Source: an uncultured beta proteobacterium (GTDB taxonomy: Bacteria; Pseudomonadota; Gammaproteobacteria; Burkholderiales; Burkholderiaceae_C). Taken from it: a stretch of 64,000 nt of DNA. The DNA lies in contig CAVPUD010000060.1 in NCBI GenBank assembly GCA_963708545.1, positions 3,844 to 67,843 on the forward strand, written 5' to 3'. Position 1 is the first letter of the stretch. Each line of letters begins with the position of its first letter. Positions 11,909-22,083 of the stretch are shown here, in pieces. Below the pieces are notes generated by a model. That model was not told the origin of the DNA. It saw nothing but the letters and a program-made list of their open reading frames with translations, and made no database searches. The translations under genes were made by a program, and so were the position numbers.

Positions 11909-13405
11909 ATGACATCGACCCCTGCATTGCACGAGCTGGGCGTGGCCGAACTCGCCGCCGAATTGCGCGCGCGCCGCATGTCCGCCGTCGAAGCGGCGCA
12001 GCATTTTCTGGCGCGCGCGCACACCCACCAGCACCTGGGCGCGTACCTTGCGCTGAATGAGGAAGCGACGCTCGCGCAGGCGCGCGCCGCCGATGCACGC
12101 CTGCAGGCCGGCACGGGCGGCCCGCTCGAAGGCGTGCCCATTGCGCACAAGGACATCTTCGTCACCCAGGACTTCCCGAGCACTGCGGGCTCGAAGATGC
12201 TCGCGGGCTACCAGTCGCCGTTCGACGCGACCGTGGTGCAGCGCCTGGCCGCGGCCGGCTGCGTGACGCTGGGCAAGCTCAATTGCGACGAATTCGCGAT
12301 GGGCTCGGCGAACGAGAATTCGGCCATCGCGCCGCTGGGCTTCGCCGCGCCCGCGCCGGTGCGCAACCCCTGGGACACCACGCGCGTGCCCGGCGGTTCC
12401 TCGGGCGGCAGCGCCGTGGCCGTGGCCGCGCGCCTGGTGCCGGCCGCGACGGGCACAGACACCGGCGGCTCGATCCGCCAGCCCGCCTCGTTTTGCGGCG
12501 TTACGGGCATCAAGCCCACCTACGGGCGCGCCTCGCGCTACGGCATGATCGCCTTTGCCTCCAGCCTCGACCAAGCCGGCCCCATGGCGCGCTCGGCGCA
12601 GGACTGCGCGCTGCTGCTGTCGGCCCTGTGCGGCCCCGACCCTGACCGTGATTCGACGAGCCTGGACCTGCCCGCCGAAGATTTCAGCGTGCGGCTGGGC
12701 GACAGTCTCGATGGGCTGCGTATCGGCATCCCCGCCGAGTTCTTCGGCGCAGGGCTGGCCGACGACGTGCGCGCCGCCGTCGAAGCCGCGCTCGAAGAGT
12801 ACGAAAAACTCGGCGCCACGCTCGTGCCCATCCGCTTGCCGCGCACCGAGCTGTCCATCCCGGTGTATTACATCATCGCGCCCGCCGAGGCGAGCTCCAA
12901 TCTGAGCCGCTACGACGGCGTCAAGTTCGGCCACCGCGCACGCGACTACACCGACCTCGAAGACATGTACAAAAAAACCCGCGCCGAAGGCTTCGGCGAC
13001 GAGGTCAAGCGCCGCATCATGATAGGCACCTACGTGCTGAGCCACGGCTACTACGACGCCTACTATCTGCAGGCGCAAAAAATCCGCCGCATGATCGCCG
13101 ACGACTTCCAGCAGGCCTTCACGCAATGCGACCTGATCGCCGGCCCTGTCGCGCCGAGCGTGGCCTGGCCCCTGGGCGCGCACGGCAGCGACCCGCTCGC
13201 CGACTACCTGGCCGACATCTACACCCTGCCGGCCTCGCTCGCGGGCCTGCCCGGCATGAGCGTGCCCGCAGGCTTTGGCGCGCACGGTATGCCCGTGGGG
13301 CTGCAGCTCATCGGCAATTATTTCCAGGAAGCCCGGCTACTGAACGCGGCGCACCGCTTGCAGCAGGTGACGGATTTTCACTTGCGCATGCCCGGGGGAT
13401 TGTGA
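11909..13405 (+). CDS. gatA: Asp/Glu-tRNA amidotransferase subunit A
   Basis: Amidase signature [21 protein letters not shown]. Confidence 0.97.
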   Translation: MTSTPALHELGVAELAAELRARRMSAVEAAQHFLARAHTHQHLGAYLALNEEATLAQARAADARLQAGTGGPLEGVPIAHKDIFVTQDFPSTAGSKMLAGYQSPFDATVVQRLAAAGCVTLGKLNCDEFAMGSANENSAIAPLGFAAPAPVRNPWDTTRVPGGSSGGSAVAVAARLVPAATGTDTGGSIRQPASFCGVTGIKPTYGRASRYGMIAFASSLDQAGPMARSAQDCALLLSALCGPDPDRDSTSLDLPAEDFSVRLGDSLDGLRIGIPAEFFGAGLADDVRAAVEAALEEYEKLGATLVPIRLPRTELSIPVYYIIAPAEASSNLSRYDGVKFGHRARDYTDLEDMYKKTRAEGFGDEVKRRIMIGTYVLSHGYYDAYYLQAQKIRRMIADDFQQAFTQCDLIAGPVAPSVAWPLGAHGSDPLADYLADIYTLPASLAGLPGMSVPAGFGAHGMPVGLQLIGNYFQEARLLNAAHRLQQVTDFHLRMPGGL

Positions 13406-13406
13406 G

Positions 13407-14858
13407 ATGACGAGCAGCACATTGATCCACGGCTACGAAGTCGTCATCGGCTTCGAGACGCATGCGCAGTTGGCCACGCGCAGCAAGATTTTCAGCCGCG
13501 CCTCCACGGCGTTTGGCGCCGAGCCCAATACGCAGGCCTGCGCGGTCGATCTGGCTTTGCCGGGCACGCTGCCGGTGATGAACCGCGCGGCCGTCGAATG
13601 CGCTATCAAATTGGGACTGGCACTCGGCTCCCACATTGCGCCTGTGAGCATTTTTGCGCGCAAAAACTATTTCTACCCCGACCTGCCCAAGGGCTACCAG
13701 ATCAGCCAGTACGAAATCCCCGTGGTGCAAGGCGGCGAGGTGGCGTTTTACGTGGGCGACGAGAAAAAAACCGTGCGCCTGGTGCGTGCGCACCTCGAGG
13801 AAGACGCGGGCAAGTCGCTGCACGAAGAGTTCCACGGCATGAGCGGCATCGACCTGAACCGTGCCGGCACGCCGCTCTTGGAAATCGTCACCGAGCCCGA
13901 CATGCGCAGTACCGAGGAAGCCGTGGCCTACGCCAAAGAGCTGCACAAGATCGTCACCTGGATAGGCATTTGCGACGGCAACATGCAGGAGGGGAGTTTT
14001 CGCTGCGATGCGAACGTGAGTGTGCGCAAGCCCGGCCAGCCGCTGGGCACGCGGCGCGAGATCAAGAACCTCAACAGCTTCAAGTTCATGCAGCAGGCGA
14101 TCGACTACGAAGTCCGCTGGCAGATCGAGCAGCTCGAGGACGGCCACGCGATCCAGCAGGCCACGGTGCTGTTCGACCCCGCGACGGGCGAGACGCGCGC
14201 CATGCGCACCAAGGAGGACGCGGCCGACTACCGCTACTTTCCCGATCCAGACCTGCCGCCGCTCCATATTTCAGAGCAATGGATCGAAGCGCAACGTGCG
14301 CTGATGCCCGAATTGCCGCGTGCCATGGCGGCGCGCTTCGTGGCCGAGTACGGTTTGCCGGAATACGACGCGAGCACGCTCACGCAGTCGCCCGCGATGG
14401 CCGCGTACTTCGAGGCCGCGGCGCGCGCCTGTGGCCAGCCCAAGCTCGCGAGCAACTGGATCATGGGCGAAGTCTCGCGGCGCCTCAACGCCGAGGAGAT
14501 CGACATAGTGCGCTCGCCCGTGGGCGCGGCACAGCTGGCGGCGCTGATCGCGCGCATCGCTGACGGCACGCTCAGCAACAGTGCGGCGCGCCAGGTGTTC
14601 GACGCCTTGTGGAAGGGCGAGGGCGGCGACGTCGATGCCTTGATCGAAGCCAAGGGCCTCAAGCAGGTGAACGACGCCGGCGCGCTCGAGCAAATCATCG
14701 CCGAGGTGATCGCCGCGAACCCCGACAACGTGGCGCAGTTCAGGGCCGGCAAGGACAAGGCCTTCAACGCGCTCGTCGGGCAGGTGATGAAGGCGAGCAA
14801 GGGCAAGGCCAATCCGCAGCAGGTGAATGCGCTGCTGCGCGCCAAGCTGGAGGGGTAG
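13407..14858 (+). CDS. gatB: Asp/Glu-tRNA amidotransferase subunit B
   Basis: [38 protein letters not shown]. Confidence 0.97.
   Translation: MTSSTLIHGYEVVIGFETHAQLATRSKIFSRASTAFGAEPNTQACAVDLALPGTLPVMNRAAVECAIKLGLALGSHIAPVSIFARKNYFYPDLPKGYQISQYEIPVVQGGEVAFYVGDEKKTVRLVRAHLEEDAGKSLHEEFHGMSGIDLNRAGTPLLEIVTEPDMRSTEEAVAYAKELHKIVTWIGICDGNMQEGSFRCDANVSVRKPGQPLGTRREIKNLNSFKFMQQAIDYEVRWQIEQLEDGHAIQQATVLFDPATGETRAMRTKEDAADYRYFPDPDLPPLHISEQWIEAQRALMPELPRAMAARFVAEYGLPEYDASTLTQSPAMAAYFEAAARACGQPKLASNWIMGEVSRRLNAEEIDIVRSPVGAAQLAALIARIADGTLSNSAARQVFDALWKGEGGDVDALIEAKGLKQVNDAGALEQIIAEVIAANPDNVAQFRAGKDKAFNALVGQVMKASKGKANPQQVNALLRAKLEG
14261..14314 (-). repeat. 54-bp dispersed motif copy inside gatB
   Basis: Reverse complement aattcgggc-atcAGCGCACgttgcg-cttcgatccat-t-gctct gaaatat ggagc; shares AGCGCAC at the same offset as the copy at 39818. 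Confidence 0.6.
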
Positions 14859-14901
14859 CGTGGGCGAGCGCAGCGGCGGTCTGATCGGCCCGCCCCGCCC
14901 A

Positions 14902-15606
14902 TCAGCGCGGCGTGGCCGGCTGGCCGCTGACCGGCAAAGGCGTCTGCACAGACGCGGCTGCGGCGGGAGGCTGACGCTGGCTGTCCCATAGTTGGCGCAG
15001 GTGCGCCAGTTCGGCGTCGAAACGCTGCTGAATGCGGCGCTTTTCCTGTTCCTGGTTGGCAATGAAGCGCCACTGCGCGGCCGTTTCGTCCTGGTTTTCG
15101 GCGACTTGGCGGCGCAATTTCATGGGGGCTTTGCTCGGGTCCTTTTGGTAGAACTCCATTTCCGTGTCGAGCGCCTTGCGCTCCTGCAGCAATTCCTGCA
15201 GGCGCTTGCGGGCGATGGCCGAGACCTCATCGACTTGCGCCATCGCCGCGGCGCGCTCGGCATCGTGCGCGGCCTGGTTCGGGTAGCGCGCGAGCAGGAC
15301 GCGGTCGCGGCGGCGCTCTTCGAGGATGCGCGACTGCTCCTCGGCCTCCTTGCGGCGCTGCGCTTCGAGGGCAGCGCGCTCCTGTTCGGTGAGCGAGGGG
15401 CCGATTTTGCGGCGCGTCACGCCCGTGGGGCCGAGCTCGCGCTGCTCGCGGTCGAGGCATTCGACGATGGGGCGGTCGGACGTGATGCGCCGGCCCTGGG
15501 CATCGATGCAAGTGTAGATGCTGGCGCCCGAGCTTGGCTGCGCGCCCACGGCGCTGACGCAGAGGCCTGCGAGCAGCGCCGCACCGATGTTCCAGAATTG
15601 GTTCAA
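14902..15606 (-). CDS. DUF4124 domain secreted protein
   Basis: Signal peptide then IYTCIDAQGRRITSDRP; TTG start overlaps the pyrE stop. Confidence 0.85.
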   Translation of the reverse strand: MNQFWNIGAALLAGLCVSAVGAQPSSGASIYTCIDAQGRRITSDRPIVECLDREQRELGPTGVTRRKIGPSLTEQERAALEAQRRKEAEEQSRILEERRRDRVLLARYPNQAAHDAERAAAMAQVDEVSAIARKRLQELLQERKALDTEMEFYQKDPSKAPMKLRRQVAENQDETAAQWRFIANQEQEKRRIQQRFDAELAHLRQLWDSQRQPPAAAASVQTPLPVSGQPATPR

Positions 15607-16319
15607 AAGATCGTTCCCCCGCCATCGTCATCGACCCCGTAGCGCTCGCGATAGGCGAGCACTCGGGCGCGGTGGGCTGCCATTGCGTCCCCGGCCGCGT
15701 CGGACAGGTACAGCAATAAATCTGCCAGGCGTGCAATCGCGCACACCTGCAGGCCGAGTTCGCGGCGCACGTACTGCACGGCGCTGTAGGGCACGTCCTG
15801 GCCGTTTTCGGTGGCTTTTTCCTGCCGGTCGAGCGCAACCACCATCGCATGCGGCGTGGCGCCGGCGGCGCGGATGAGCGCGATCGACTCGCGCGCTGCG
15901 GTGCCTGCGGACATCACGTCGTCGATGATGAGCACACGCCCACGCAGCGGCGCGCCCACCAGCGTGCCACCTTCGCCATGGTCTTTGGCTTCCTTGCGGT
16001 TGTAGGCGAAGGGCACGTTGCGCCCCCGGCGCGCGAGCTCCACGGCGACCGTGGCCGCGAGCGGGATGCCTTTGTAGGCCGGGCCGAACACCATGTCGAA
16101 GGCGATGCCGCTCGCTTGCAGCGCGCTTGCATAGAATTGCGCGAGCCGGCCGAGCTTGGCGCCGTCGTCGAACAGCCCGGCATTGAAAAAATAAGGGCTC
16201 AGGCGCCCCGCCTTGGTCTTGAATTCGCCGAAGCGCAACACACCGGCCTCGACGGCGAAACGCACGAAATCCTGCGCCAGCTGGCTTTGTTGTGCGTTTT
16301 GCACGCCCTTGTCCCCCAT
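15603..16319 (-). CDS. pyrE: Orotate phosphoribosyltransferase
   Basis: FKTKAGRLSPYFFNAG, RKEAKDHGEGG, VLIIDDVMSAGTA; start approximate. Confidence 0.96.
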   Translation of the reverse strand: MGDKGVQNAQQSQLAQDFVRFAVEAGVLRFGEFKTKAGRLSPYFFNAGLFDDGAKLGRLAQFYASALQASGIAFDMVFGPAYKGIPLAATVAVELARRGRNVPFAYNRKEAKDHGEGGTLVGAPLRGRVLIIDDVMSAGTAARESIALIRAAGATPHAMVVALDRQEKATENGQDVPYSAVQYVRRELGLQVCAIARLADLLLYLSDAAGDAMAAHRARVLAYRERYGVDDDGGGTIF

Positions 16320-16329
16320 GGAAAAACCC

Positions 16330-17133
16330 TTGTTCAAGTTAAGCAGCCTCAATCTCAACGGCATCCGCTCGGCCGCCAGCAAAGGCGTGGAGCAATGGCT
16401 CGCCACGATGCGGCCGGATTGTATTTGTGTGCAGGAGGTCAAGGCCCAGGCCGCCGACGTGCAGGGCCGCTTTGAGCAGCTTGCCGGGCTGCAGGGCCAT
16501 TTTCACTTTGCGCAGAAAAAAGGCTATGCGGGCGTGGGCATCTACACGCGCCTCGCGCCCAGCGACGTGCTGACGGGCTTTGGCGTGCCCGAATTCGACG
16601 CCGAGGGGCGCTACATCGAGCTGCGCTTCGACACGCCCGCGCGCAAGCTTTCCATCGTGAGCGCGTACTTCCCGAGCGGCTCCTCGGGCGAGGAGCGCCA
16701 GCAGGCCAAGTTCCGCTTTCTCGAGGCGTTTTACCCGCACCTACAGCAGCTGCAGGCCGAGCGCGAGTTCATCCTCTGCGGCGACCTCAACATCGCGCAC
16801 CAGCCCATAGACCTGAAAAACTGGCGCAGCAACCAGAAAAACAGCGGTTTTCTGCCCGAAGAGCGCGCCTGGCTGACAAAGCTGTTGCGCACGAATGACA
16901 ACCCGGGCGGGCTCGTGGACGTTTATCGCCGGCTGCAGCCCAGCGCCACGGACGCGGCCTACACCTGGTGGAGCAACCGCGGTCAGGCCTGGGCGAAGAA
17001 CGTGGGCTGGCGGCTCGACTACCACCTGGCCACGCCCACGCTGGCTGAATTGGCACGCGCCGAGCATATCTACAAGGAGCAGCGCTTTTCCGACCACGCG
17101 CCGATCACCATCGATTACGCCCTGGCGCTTTGA
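16330..17133 (+). CDS. xth: Exodeoxyribonuclease III
   Basis: SLNLNGIRSA, CGDLNIAH, WRLDYH, SDHAP; start TTG 16330 or ATG 16318. Confidence 0.95.
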   Translation: MFKLSSLNLNGIRSAASKGVEQWLATMRPDCICVQEVKAQAADVQGRFEQLAGLQGHFHFAQKKGYAGVGIYTRLAPSDVLTGFGVPEFDAEGRYIELRFDTPARKLSIVSAYFPSGSSGEERQQAKFRFLEAFYPHLQQLQAEREFILCGDLNIAHQPIDLKNWRSNQKNSGFLPEERAWLTKLLRTNDNPGGLVDVYRRLQPSATDAAYTWWSNRGQAWAKNVGWRLDYHLATPTLAELARAEHIYKEQRFSDHAPITIDYALAL

Positions 17134-17191
17134 TGGCTTTGCGCCTACAGACGCCTTTGCCCACGCATTTTGCTTGCCCAGGCTTTTGCTC

Positions 17192-19144
17192 ATGTCCGAT
17201 AGTTCCGATCCCATCTTTGCCGACCAGCCCGCCGAGGCCTCGACGCGCACCTTCACGCCGCCGCATGCCGAGGCGCTGTGGAAACTGGTCACCGTCCCGC
17301 ATCCGGTCATAGGCAAAGCCCACCATCTTGGCGAGGCGCTGGTGCACGCGGGCCTGATCAGCCCGTCCGTGCTCGCCGATGCGTTGCAGGTCCAGCGCCT
17401 GGAGCGCGAAAACGGCAAAGACCCGCAATTGGGGCAAATCCTGGTCAGCCACGGCCATGTCACGCCGGAGCAGCTGCAGCGCGTCATCGACAGCTGGCTG
17501 GGCGAATACGTGGTCGATCCTGGCAAGCTGGCGCCGGACCCTGCGGCCCTGGCGCTGGTGCCGCGCACGGTGGCCGAGCGCGAATCGGTGCTGCCGCTGC
17601 TGGCGCGCGACGATGCGCTGGTGCTGCTGATGGCCGATCCACACGACCGTATGTTGCTCGACGAGCTGCGCTTTCTGACGCAGCGGCGTCTGATACCTGT
17701 GCACGCCGCGCCGGGAACGCTGCTGCCGGCGGTCAGCCGTTTTTATGGTGGTGGCAGTGGTGCGACGGCGGGCGCGAAAAAGGCTGCGCCGGCCGCGGCG
17801 GGGGCCACAAACCAGCCCTCGACGGCGCAAGAACTCGCCTCCAGCCTGGATGCGGCGGGCAGCGACCTTGACATGACGCCAGCCGACGTCATCAGCGAAT
17901 CCGACAACACGCTGGTGCGGCTCATCAATTCGCTGATCACCGAGGCCATTGCCCACCGTGCCTCCGACATCCACATCGAAACCGAGCCACCGCCGCAGCC
18001 GGTGCGCATACGCCTGCGCATCGATGGCGACCTGCAACCCTATCTGGAGTTGCCTGCGCGCTATCGATTTGCATTGGTGGCACGCCTCAAGATCATGGCG
18101 GTCATGGATATTTCGGAGCACCGCAAGCCGCAGGACGGCAAGATCGACTTTGCGCGCTTCGGTGGCCCGCCGGTCGAGCTGCGCGTGGTCACGGTGCCCA
18201 CTTCGCGCGGGCTCGAAGACGTGGTGCTGCGTCTGCTCTCGGGTGCCAAGCCGCTGCCGCTCGATCAGATCGGCCTGAGCCCGGGCAATCTGGCGGGGCT
18301 GCGTACCTTGATGCGCAAGAGCTACGGCCTGATCCTGGTCTGCGGCCCCACGGGCAGCGGCAAGACGACCACGCTGCATTCGGTGGTGCGCGAGCTCAAC
18401 ACTGACAGCCGCAAGATCTGGACGGCCGAAGACCCGATCGAAATCTCGCAGGCCGGGCTGCGCCAGGTGCAGATGAACCCGCGCATCGGCTGGACCTTCG
18501 CCGCGGCGATGCGCACCTTTTTGCGCGCCGACCCGGACGTGATCATGATCGGCGAGATGCGCGACGAGGAAACCGCGCGCATCGCGATCGAGGCTTCGCT
18601 CACCGGGCACCTGGTGCTTTCTACCCTGCACACGAATTCGGCGCCCGAGAGCATCACGCGGCTGCTCGAAATCGGGCTCGATCCGTTCAACTTTTCCGAT
18701 TCGCTGCTCGGCATCCTGGCGCAGCGCCTGGTGCGGCGCCTGTGCACGGCCTGCCGTGCACCGCGCGTGGCCGAGGCCGACGAGCTCGACAGCCTGGCGT
18801 CGCAATATCTCGAAAGCGGTACCACCAACACGCCCGAAGTCCGTGCGGCGCTGATCGCGCAGTGGCGCCAGCGCTTCGGCGGCCAGGGCGGTGCGTTGCG
18901 CCTGTGGAAGCACGTGGGCTGCAAGGACTGCGAGGGCCACGGCTACCGCGGCCGCATGGGCATTCACGAGCTGATGCTGAGCGACGACACCATCCGCCAG
19001 CATATCCGCCACCGCGCACCAGCCTCGGATATTCGCCATTCGGCGCTCGCCGCCGGCATGCTGACGCTGCGCCAGGACGGCATCGAAAAAGTGCTGCAAG
19101 GCCTGACCGACATGCCCGAGGTGATCGCTGCGAGCAATTTGTGA
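17192..19144 (+). CDS. GspE/PulE/PilB-family secretion ATPase with N-terminal MshEN-like domain
   Basis: Walker A GPTGSGKTT, AEDPIE, RADPDVIMIGEMRD, STLHTN; N-terminal tandem HLGEALVHAGLI...Q / QLGQILVSHGHV. Confidence 0.93.
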   Translation: MSDSSDPIFADQPAEASTRTFTPPHAEALWKLVTVPHPVIGKAHHLGEALVHAGLISPSVLADALQVQRLERENGKDPQLGQILVSHGHVTPEQLQRVIDSWLGEYVVDPGKLAPDPAALALVPRTVAERESVLPLLARDDALVLLMADPHDRMLLDELRFLTQRRLIPVHAAPGTLLPAVSRFYGGGSGATAGAKKAAPAAAGATNQPSTAQELASSLDAAGSDLDMTPADVISESDNTLVRLINSLITEAIAHRASDIHIETEPPPQPVRIRLRIDGDLQPYLELPARYRFALVARLKIMAVMDISEHRKPQDGKIDFARFGGPPVELRVVTVPTSRGLEDVVLRLLSGAKPLPLDQIGLSPGNLAGLRTLMRKSYGLILVCGPTGSGKTTTLHSVVRELNTDSRKIWTAEDPIEISQAGLRQVQMNPRIGWTFAAAMRTFLRADPDVIMIGEMRDEETARIAIEASLTGHLVLSTLHTNSAPESITRLLEIGLDPFNFSDSLLGILAQRLVRRLCTACRAPRVAEADELDSLASQYLESGTTNTPEVRAALIAQWRQRFGGQGGALRLWKHVGCKDCEGHGYRGRMGIHELMLSDDTIRQHIRHRAPASDIRHSALAAGMLTLRQDGIEKVLQGLTDMPEVIAASNL

Positions 19145-19182
19145 GGCCTTTTTCCTCGCCCATTTCCCCTACGGAACCCGCC

Positions 19183-19821
19183 ATGCTCCACTACCGCACC
19201 ATCCCCGTCACGCCTTTCCAGCAGAACTGCTCCATCGTCTGGTGCGATGCCACGCACGAGGCGGCGCTCATTGACCCGGGCGGTGACATCGACGTGTTGC
19301 TCGCCGAGGCTCGGCGTCTGGGCGTCGAGCCCACGCAAATTTGGCTCACGCACGCGCACATAGACCACGCCGGCGGTGCGGGCGAGCTCGCGCAGCGCCT
19401 GGGCATCCCCATCATCGGCCCGCATCCGGGCGACCAGTTCTGGATCGACGGCCTGGCGCAGCAAAGCGCGGCCTTCGGCTTTGCGCCCGCCGTGCCGTTC
19501 ACGCCCACGCGCTGGCTGCACGACGGCGACAGCGTGCAGGTCGGCCACGAAACGCTGCACGTGCGCCACACTCCGGGCCACACGCCCGGCCACGTGGTGT
19601 TCCACGCGCCGCAGATCGACCGCGCCTTCGTCGGCGACGTGCTGTTCGCGGGCAGCATCGGGCGCACGGACTTTCCGGGCGGCAACCACCAGCAGCTCAT
19701 CGACAGCATCGTCAGGCGTCTGTGGCCCATGGGCGACCAGACGGTGTTCATCCCCGGCCACGGGCCCGAGAGCACCTTTGGGCGTGAGCGGCGCAGCAAC
19801 CCGTTCGTGGGCGGCACTTGA
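19183..19821 (+). CDS. MBL-fold metallo-hydrolase (YcbL/glyoxalase II-like)
   Basis: THAHIDHAGG, HTPGHTPGH, GDVLFAGSIGRTD. Confidence 0.93.
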   Translation: MLHYRTIPVTPFQQNCSIVWCDATHEAALIDPGGDIDVLLAEARRLGVEPTQIWLTHAHIDHAGGAGELAQRLGIPIIGPHPGDQFWIDGLAQQSAAFGFAPAVPFTPTRWLHDGDSVQVGHETLHVRHTPGHTPGHVVFHAPQIDRAFVGDVLFAGSIGRTDFPGGNHQQLIDSIVRRLWPMGDQTVFIPGHGPESTFGRERRSNPFVGGT

Positions 19822-19845
19822 GCTACGCGCCGAGGATTTTGGATA

Positions 19846-19899
19846 AAAAGTGCCATTAGCCCAGGCGGGACAAGCGCAAGCAGCTATCGTTTGGAGAGT
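19846..19899 (+). repeat. 54-bp dispersed motif copy overlapping the mpl 3' end
   Basis: aaaagtgcc-attagcccaggcggga-caagcgcaagc-a-gctat cgtttgg agagt. Confidence 0.85.
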
Positions 19900-21299
19900 T
19901 CTTCGAGCAGCTTGGCGTGCACGCCGCCAAAGCCGCCGTTGCTCATGCACACGATGTGGTCGCCCGCCTGCGCGGCCTGTACGATCTGGCGCACCAGGGT
20001 GGCGATGTCGGGCGCGGTCTGCGCGCGTGGGCCCAGCGGTGCGAGCGCCTCGCGCGCGTCCCAGTCCAGGCCGCCGGTGTGGCAAAAGGCCAGGTCGGCC
20101 GGCTCCAGGGCCCAGGGCAGCTGCGCCTTCATGGTGCCGAGCTTCATGGTGTTGCTGCGCGGCTCGAACACGGCCAGGATGCGTGCCTGCGACTGGCCCG
20201 CGGCATCGAGCTGGCGGCGTAGGCCGTCGAGCGTGGTGCGTATCGCCGTGGGGTGGTGCGCGAAGTCGTCGTACACCGTGACTTCGCCGCCCGCCAGCGC
20301 CACGCGCCCGCGCAGCTCCATGCGGCGCCGCACGTTCTGAAAGCCCGCGAGCGCCTGCGCCGCCAGCGCCACCGGCACGCCCACGTGCTGCGCCGCCGCG
20401 ATGGCCGCGAGCGCGTTGAGCTGGTTGTGCACACCCGTGAGCGACCAGACCACGCGCCCCTGCGGTGCGCCTTGCACGAGCACGTCGAAGGCCTGCGGCG
20501 CGCCCGCGGCGCAAAAATCGCTCACCGCGGCGCCAAAGCTGCGCACCTCGCTCCAGCAGCCCTGGTGCAGCACGCGCGTGAGGCTCTCCTCGAGGCCGTT
20601 GACCACCACGCGCCCGGCAGCCGGCACGGTGCGCAGCAGGTGGTGGAACTGGCGCTCGATCGCGGCCAGGTCGTCGAAGATGTCGGCGTGGTCGAATTCG
20701 AGGTTGTTGAGCACCGCCGTGCGCGGGCGGTAGTGCACGAACTTGCTGCGCTTGTCGAAAAAGGCCGTGTCGTACTCGTCGGCCTCGATCACGAACAGCG
20801 GCCGCGGCTGCCCCGGCGCCTGCGCGCCCAGGCGCGCCGAAATGCCGAAATTCAGCGGCACGCCACCCACCAGAAAGCCCGGCGTGAGCCCTGCGCTTTG
20901 CAAAATCCAGGCGAGCATGGAGGTCGTGGTGGTCTTGCCGTGCGTGCCCGCCACGGCCAGCACGTGGCGGCCTTGCAGCACGTGCTCGGCCAGCCACTGC
21001 GGGCCGCTGGTGTAGGGCAGGCCCGCATCGAGGATGGCTTCCATCAAGGGAAATTTGGGCGCTCCGTCGGCCAAGCGCGCGCGGCTGACCACGTTGCCCA
21101 CCACGAACATGTCGGGCGCGAGCGCGAGCTGGTCGGCGTCAAAGCCTTCGATCAGCTCGATGCCCAGCGCGCGCAGCTGCTCGCTCATGGGCGGATAGAC
21201 GCCCGCGTCGCAGCCCGTGACCTTGTGTCCGGCCTCGCGCGCTAGCGCGGCCACGCCGCCCATGAAAGTGCCGCAAATGCCCAGAATGTGGATATGCAT
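19884..21299 (-). CDS. mpl: Murein peptide ligase
   Basis: MHIHILGICGTFMGG, AGTHGKTTT, EADEYDTAFFDKRSKF, DDFAHHPTAI. Confidence 0.97.
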   Translation of the reverse strand: MHIHILGICGTFMGGVAALAREAGHKVTGCDAGVYPPMSEQLRALGIELIEGFDADQLALAPDMFVVGNVVSRARLADGAPKFPLMEAILDAGLPYTSGPQWLAEHVLQGRHVLAVAGTHGKTTTTSMLAWILQSAGLTPGFLVGGVPLNFGISARLGAQAPGQPRPLFVIEADEYDTAFFDKRSKFVHYRPRTAVLNNLEFDHADIFDDLAAIERQFHHLLRTVPAAGRVVVNGLEESLTRVLHQGCWSEVRSFGAAVSDFCAAGAPQAFDVLVQGAPQGRVVWSLTGVHNQLNALAAIAAAQHVGVPVALAAQALAGFQNVRRRMELRGRVALAGGEVTVYDDFAHHPTAIRTTLDGLRRQLDAAGQSQARILAVFEPRSNTMKLGTMKAQLPWALEPADLAFCHTGGLDWDAREALAPLGPRAQTAPDIATLVRQIVQAAQAGDHIVCMSNGGFGGVHAKLLEELSKR

Positions 21300-21324
21300 G
21301 GCGGGGCATTGTAATCTTGGAGCC

Positions 21325-21378
21325 AAAATGGCCGTTTGTGCAGATGTATCAAGCGCAAGAAGCTACCAAAAAAGTAGC
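21325..21378 (+). repeat. 54-bp dispersed motif copy upstream of mpl
   Basis: aaaatggcc-gtttgtgcagatgtat-caagcgcaaga-a-gctac caaaaaa gtagc. Confidence 0.88.
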
Positions 21379-21474
21379 TTTTCCGTAGCCTTTGCGGGGC
21401 TGCGGGCCGGGTATGGCGCAGGGCCGCGGGTTCGCGCCACAATGCGGGCTGCACATTCCTACCGCTGCCCTGCC

Positions 21475-22083
21475 ATGTCTGCCACATCCTTGAGCGCCGA
21501 AATCGCCAGCACCGCGGCCCGCCTGGCTGTGGAAGAAGGGCTCGAATGGGGTCCGGCCAAGCGCCGCGCGCTGCGTGTGCTGGGCCTGCCGGCGCGCACG
21601 CCGCTGCCCGACAACACCTTGGTCGAGGCCGCCGTGCGCGAGCACATTGCGCTCTTTTTCGCCGACACCCAGCCGCGCGAGCTGCGTGCGCTGCGCCAGC
21701 TTGCGCTCGCCTGGATGGAGCGCCTCGCGCAATTCCGCCCCCACCTCGGCGGCGCGGTCTGGCATGGCACGGCCACGCGGCTTTCCGATATTTACCTGCA
21801 ACTTTTCTGCGACGACCCCAAATCCGCCGAGATCGCCCTCATCAACCACCGCGTAGAGTACGAGCCACGCAGCGTGCCGGGCCTGCACGGCGCGCCCGTG
21901 GAGGCGCTGAGCATGTCCAGCCTTTCACCCGAGCTCGGCGAGGCGATCGGTGTGCACCTGCTGATCTACGACCTCGACGACCTGCGCGGCGCCCTGCGCG
22001 CCGACGCCCAGGGCCGCACGCCGCGCGGCGACATCGCAGCCGTGCGGCAGCTACTGCAAGAACCGCCGAATCCAAAACCATGA
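21475..22083 (+). CDS. Conserved hypothetical protein (nucleotidyltransferase-like fold possible)
   Basis: EIASTAARLAVEEGLEWGPAKRRA, GAVWHGTATRLSDIYLQLFCDD. Confidence 0.8.
   Translation: MSATSLSAEIASTAARLAVEEGLEWGPAKRRALRVLGLPARTPLPDNTLVEAAVREHIALFFADTQPRELRALRQLALAWMERLAQFRPHLGGAVWHGTATRLSDIYLQLFCDDPKSAEIALINHRVEYEPRSVPGLHGAPVEALSMSSLSPELGEAIGVHLLIYDLDDLRGALRADAQGRTPRGDIAAVRQLLQEPPNPKP

Noticed and set aside
16101-16150. GCGCTTGCATAG segment in pyrE resembling the motif, and a GCATA-N7-GGAGC core in xth (17064-17080)
   Set aside because: Palindromic core missing (pyrE) or flanking blocks absent (xth).
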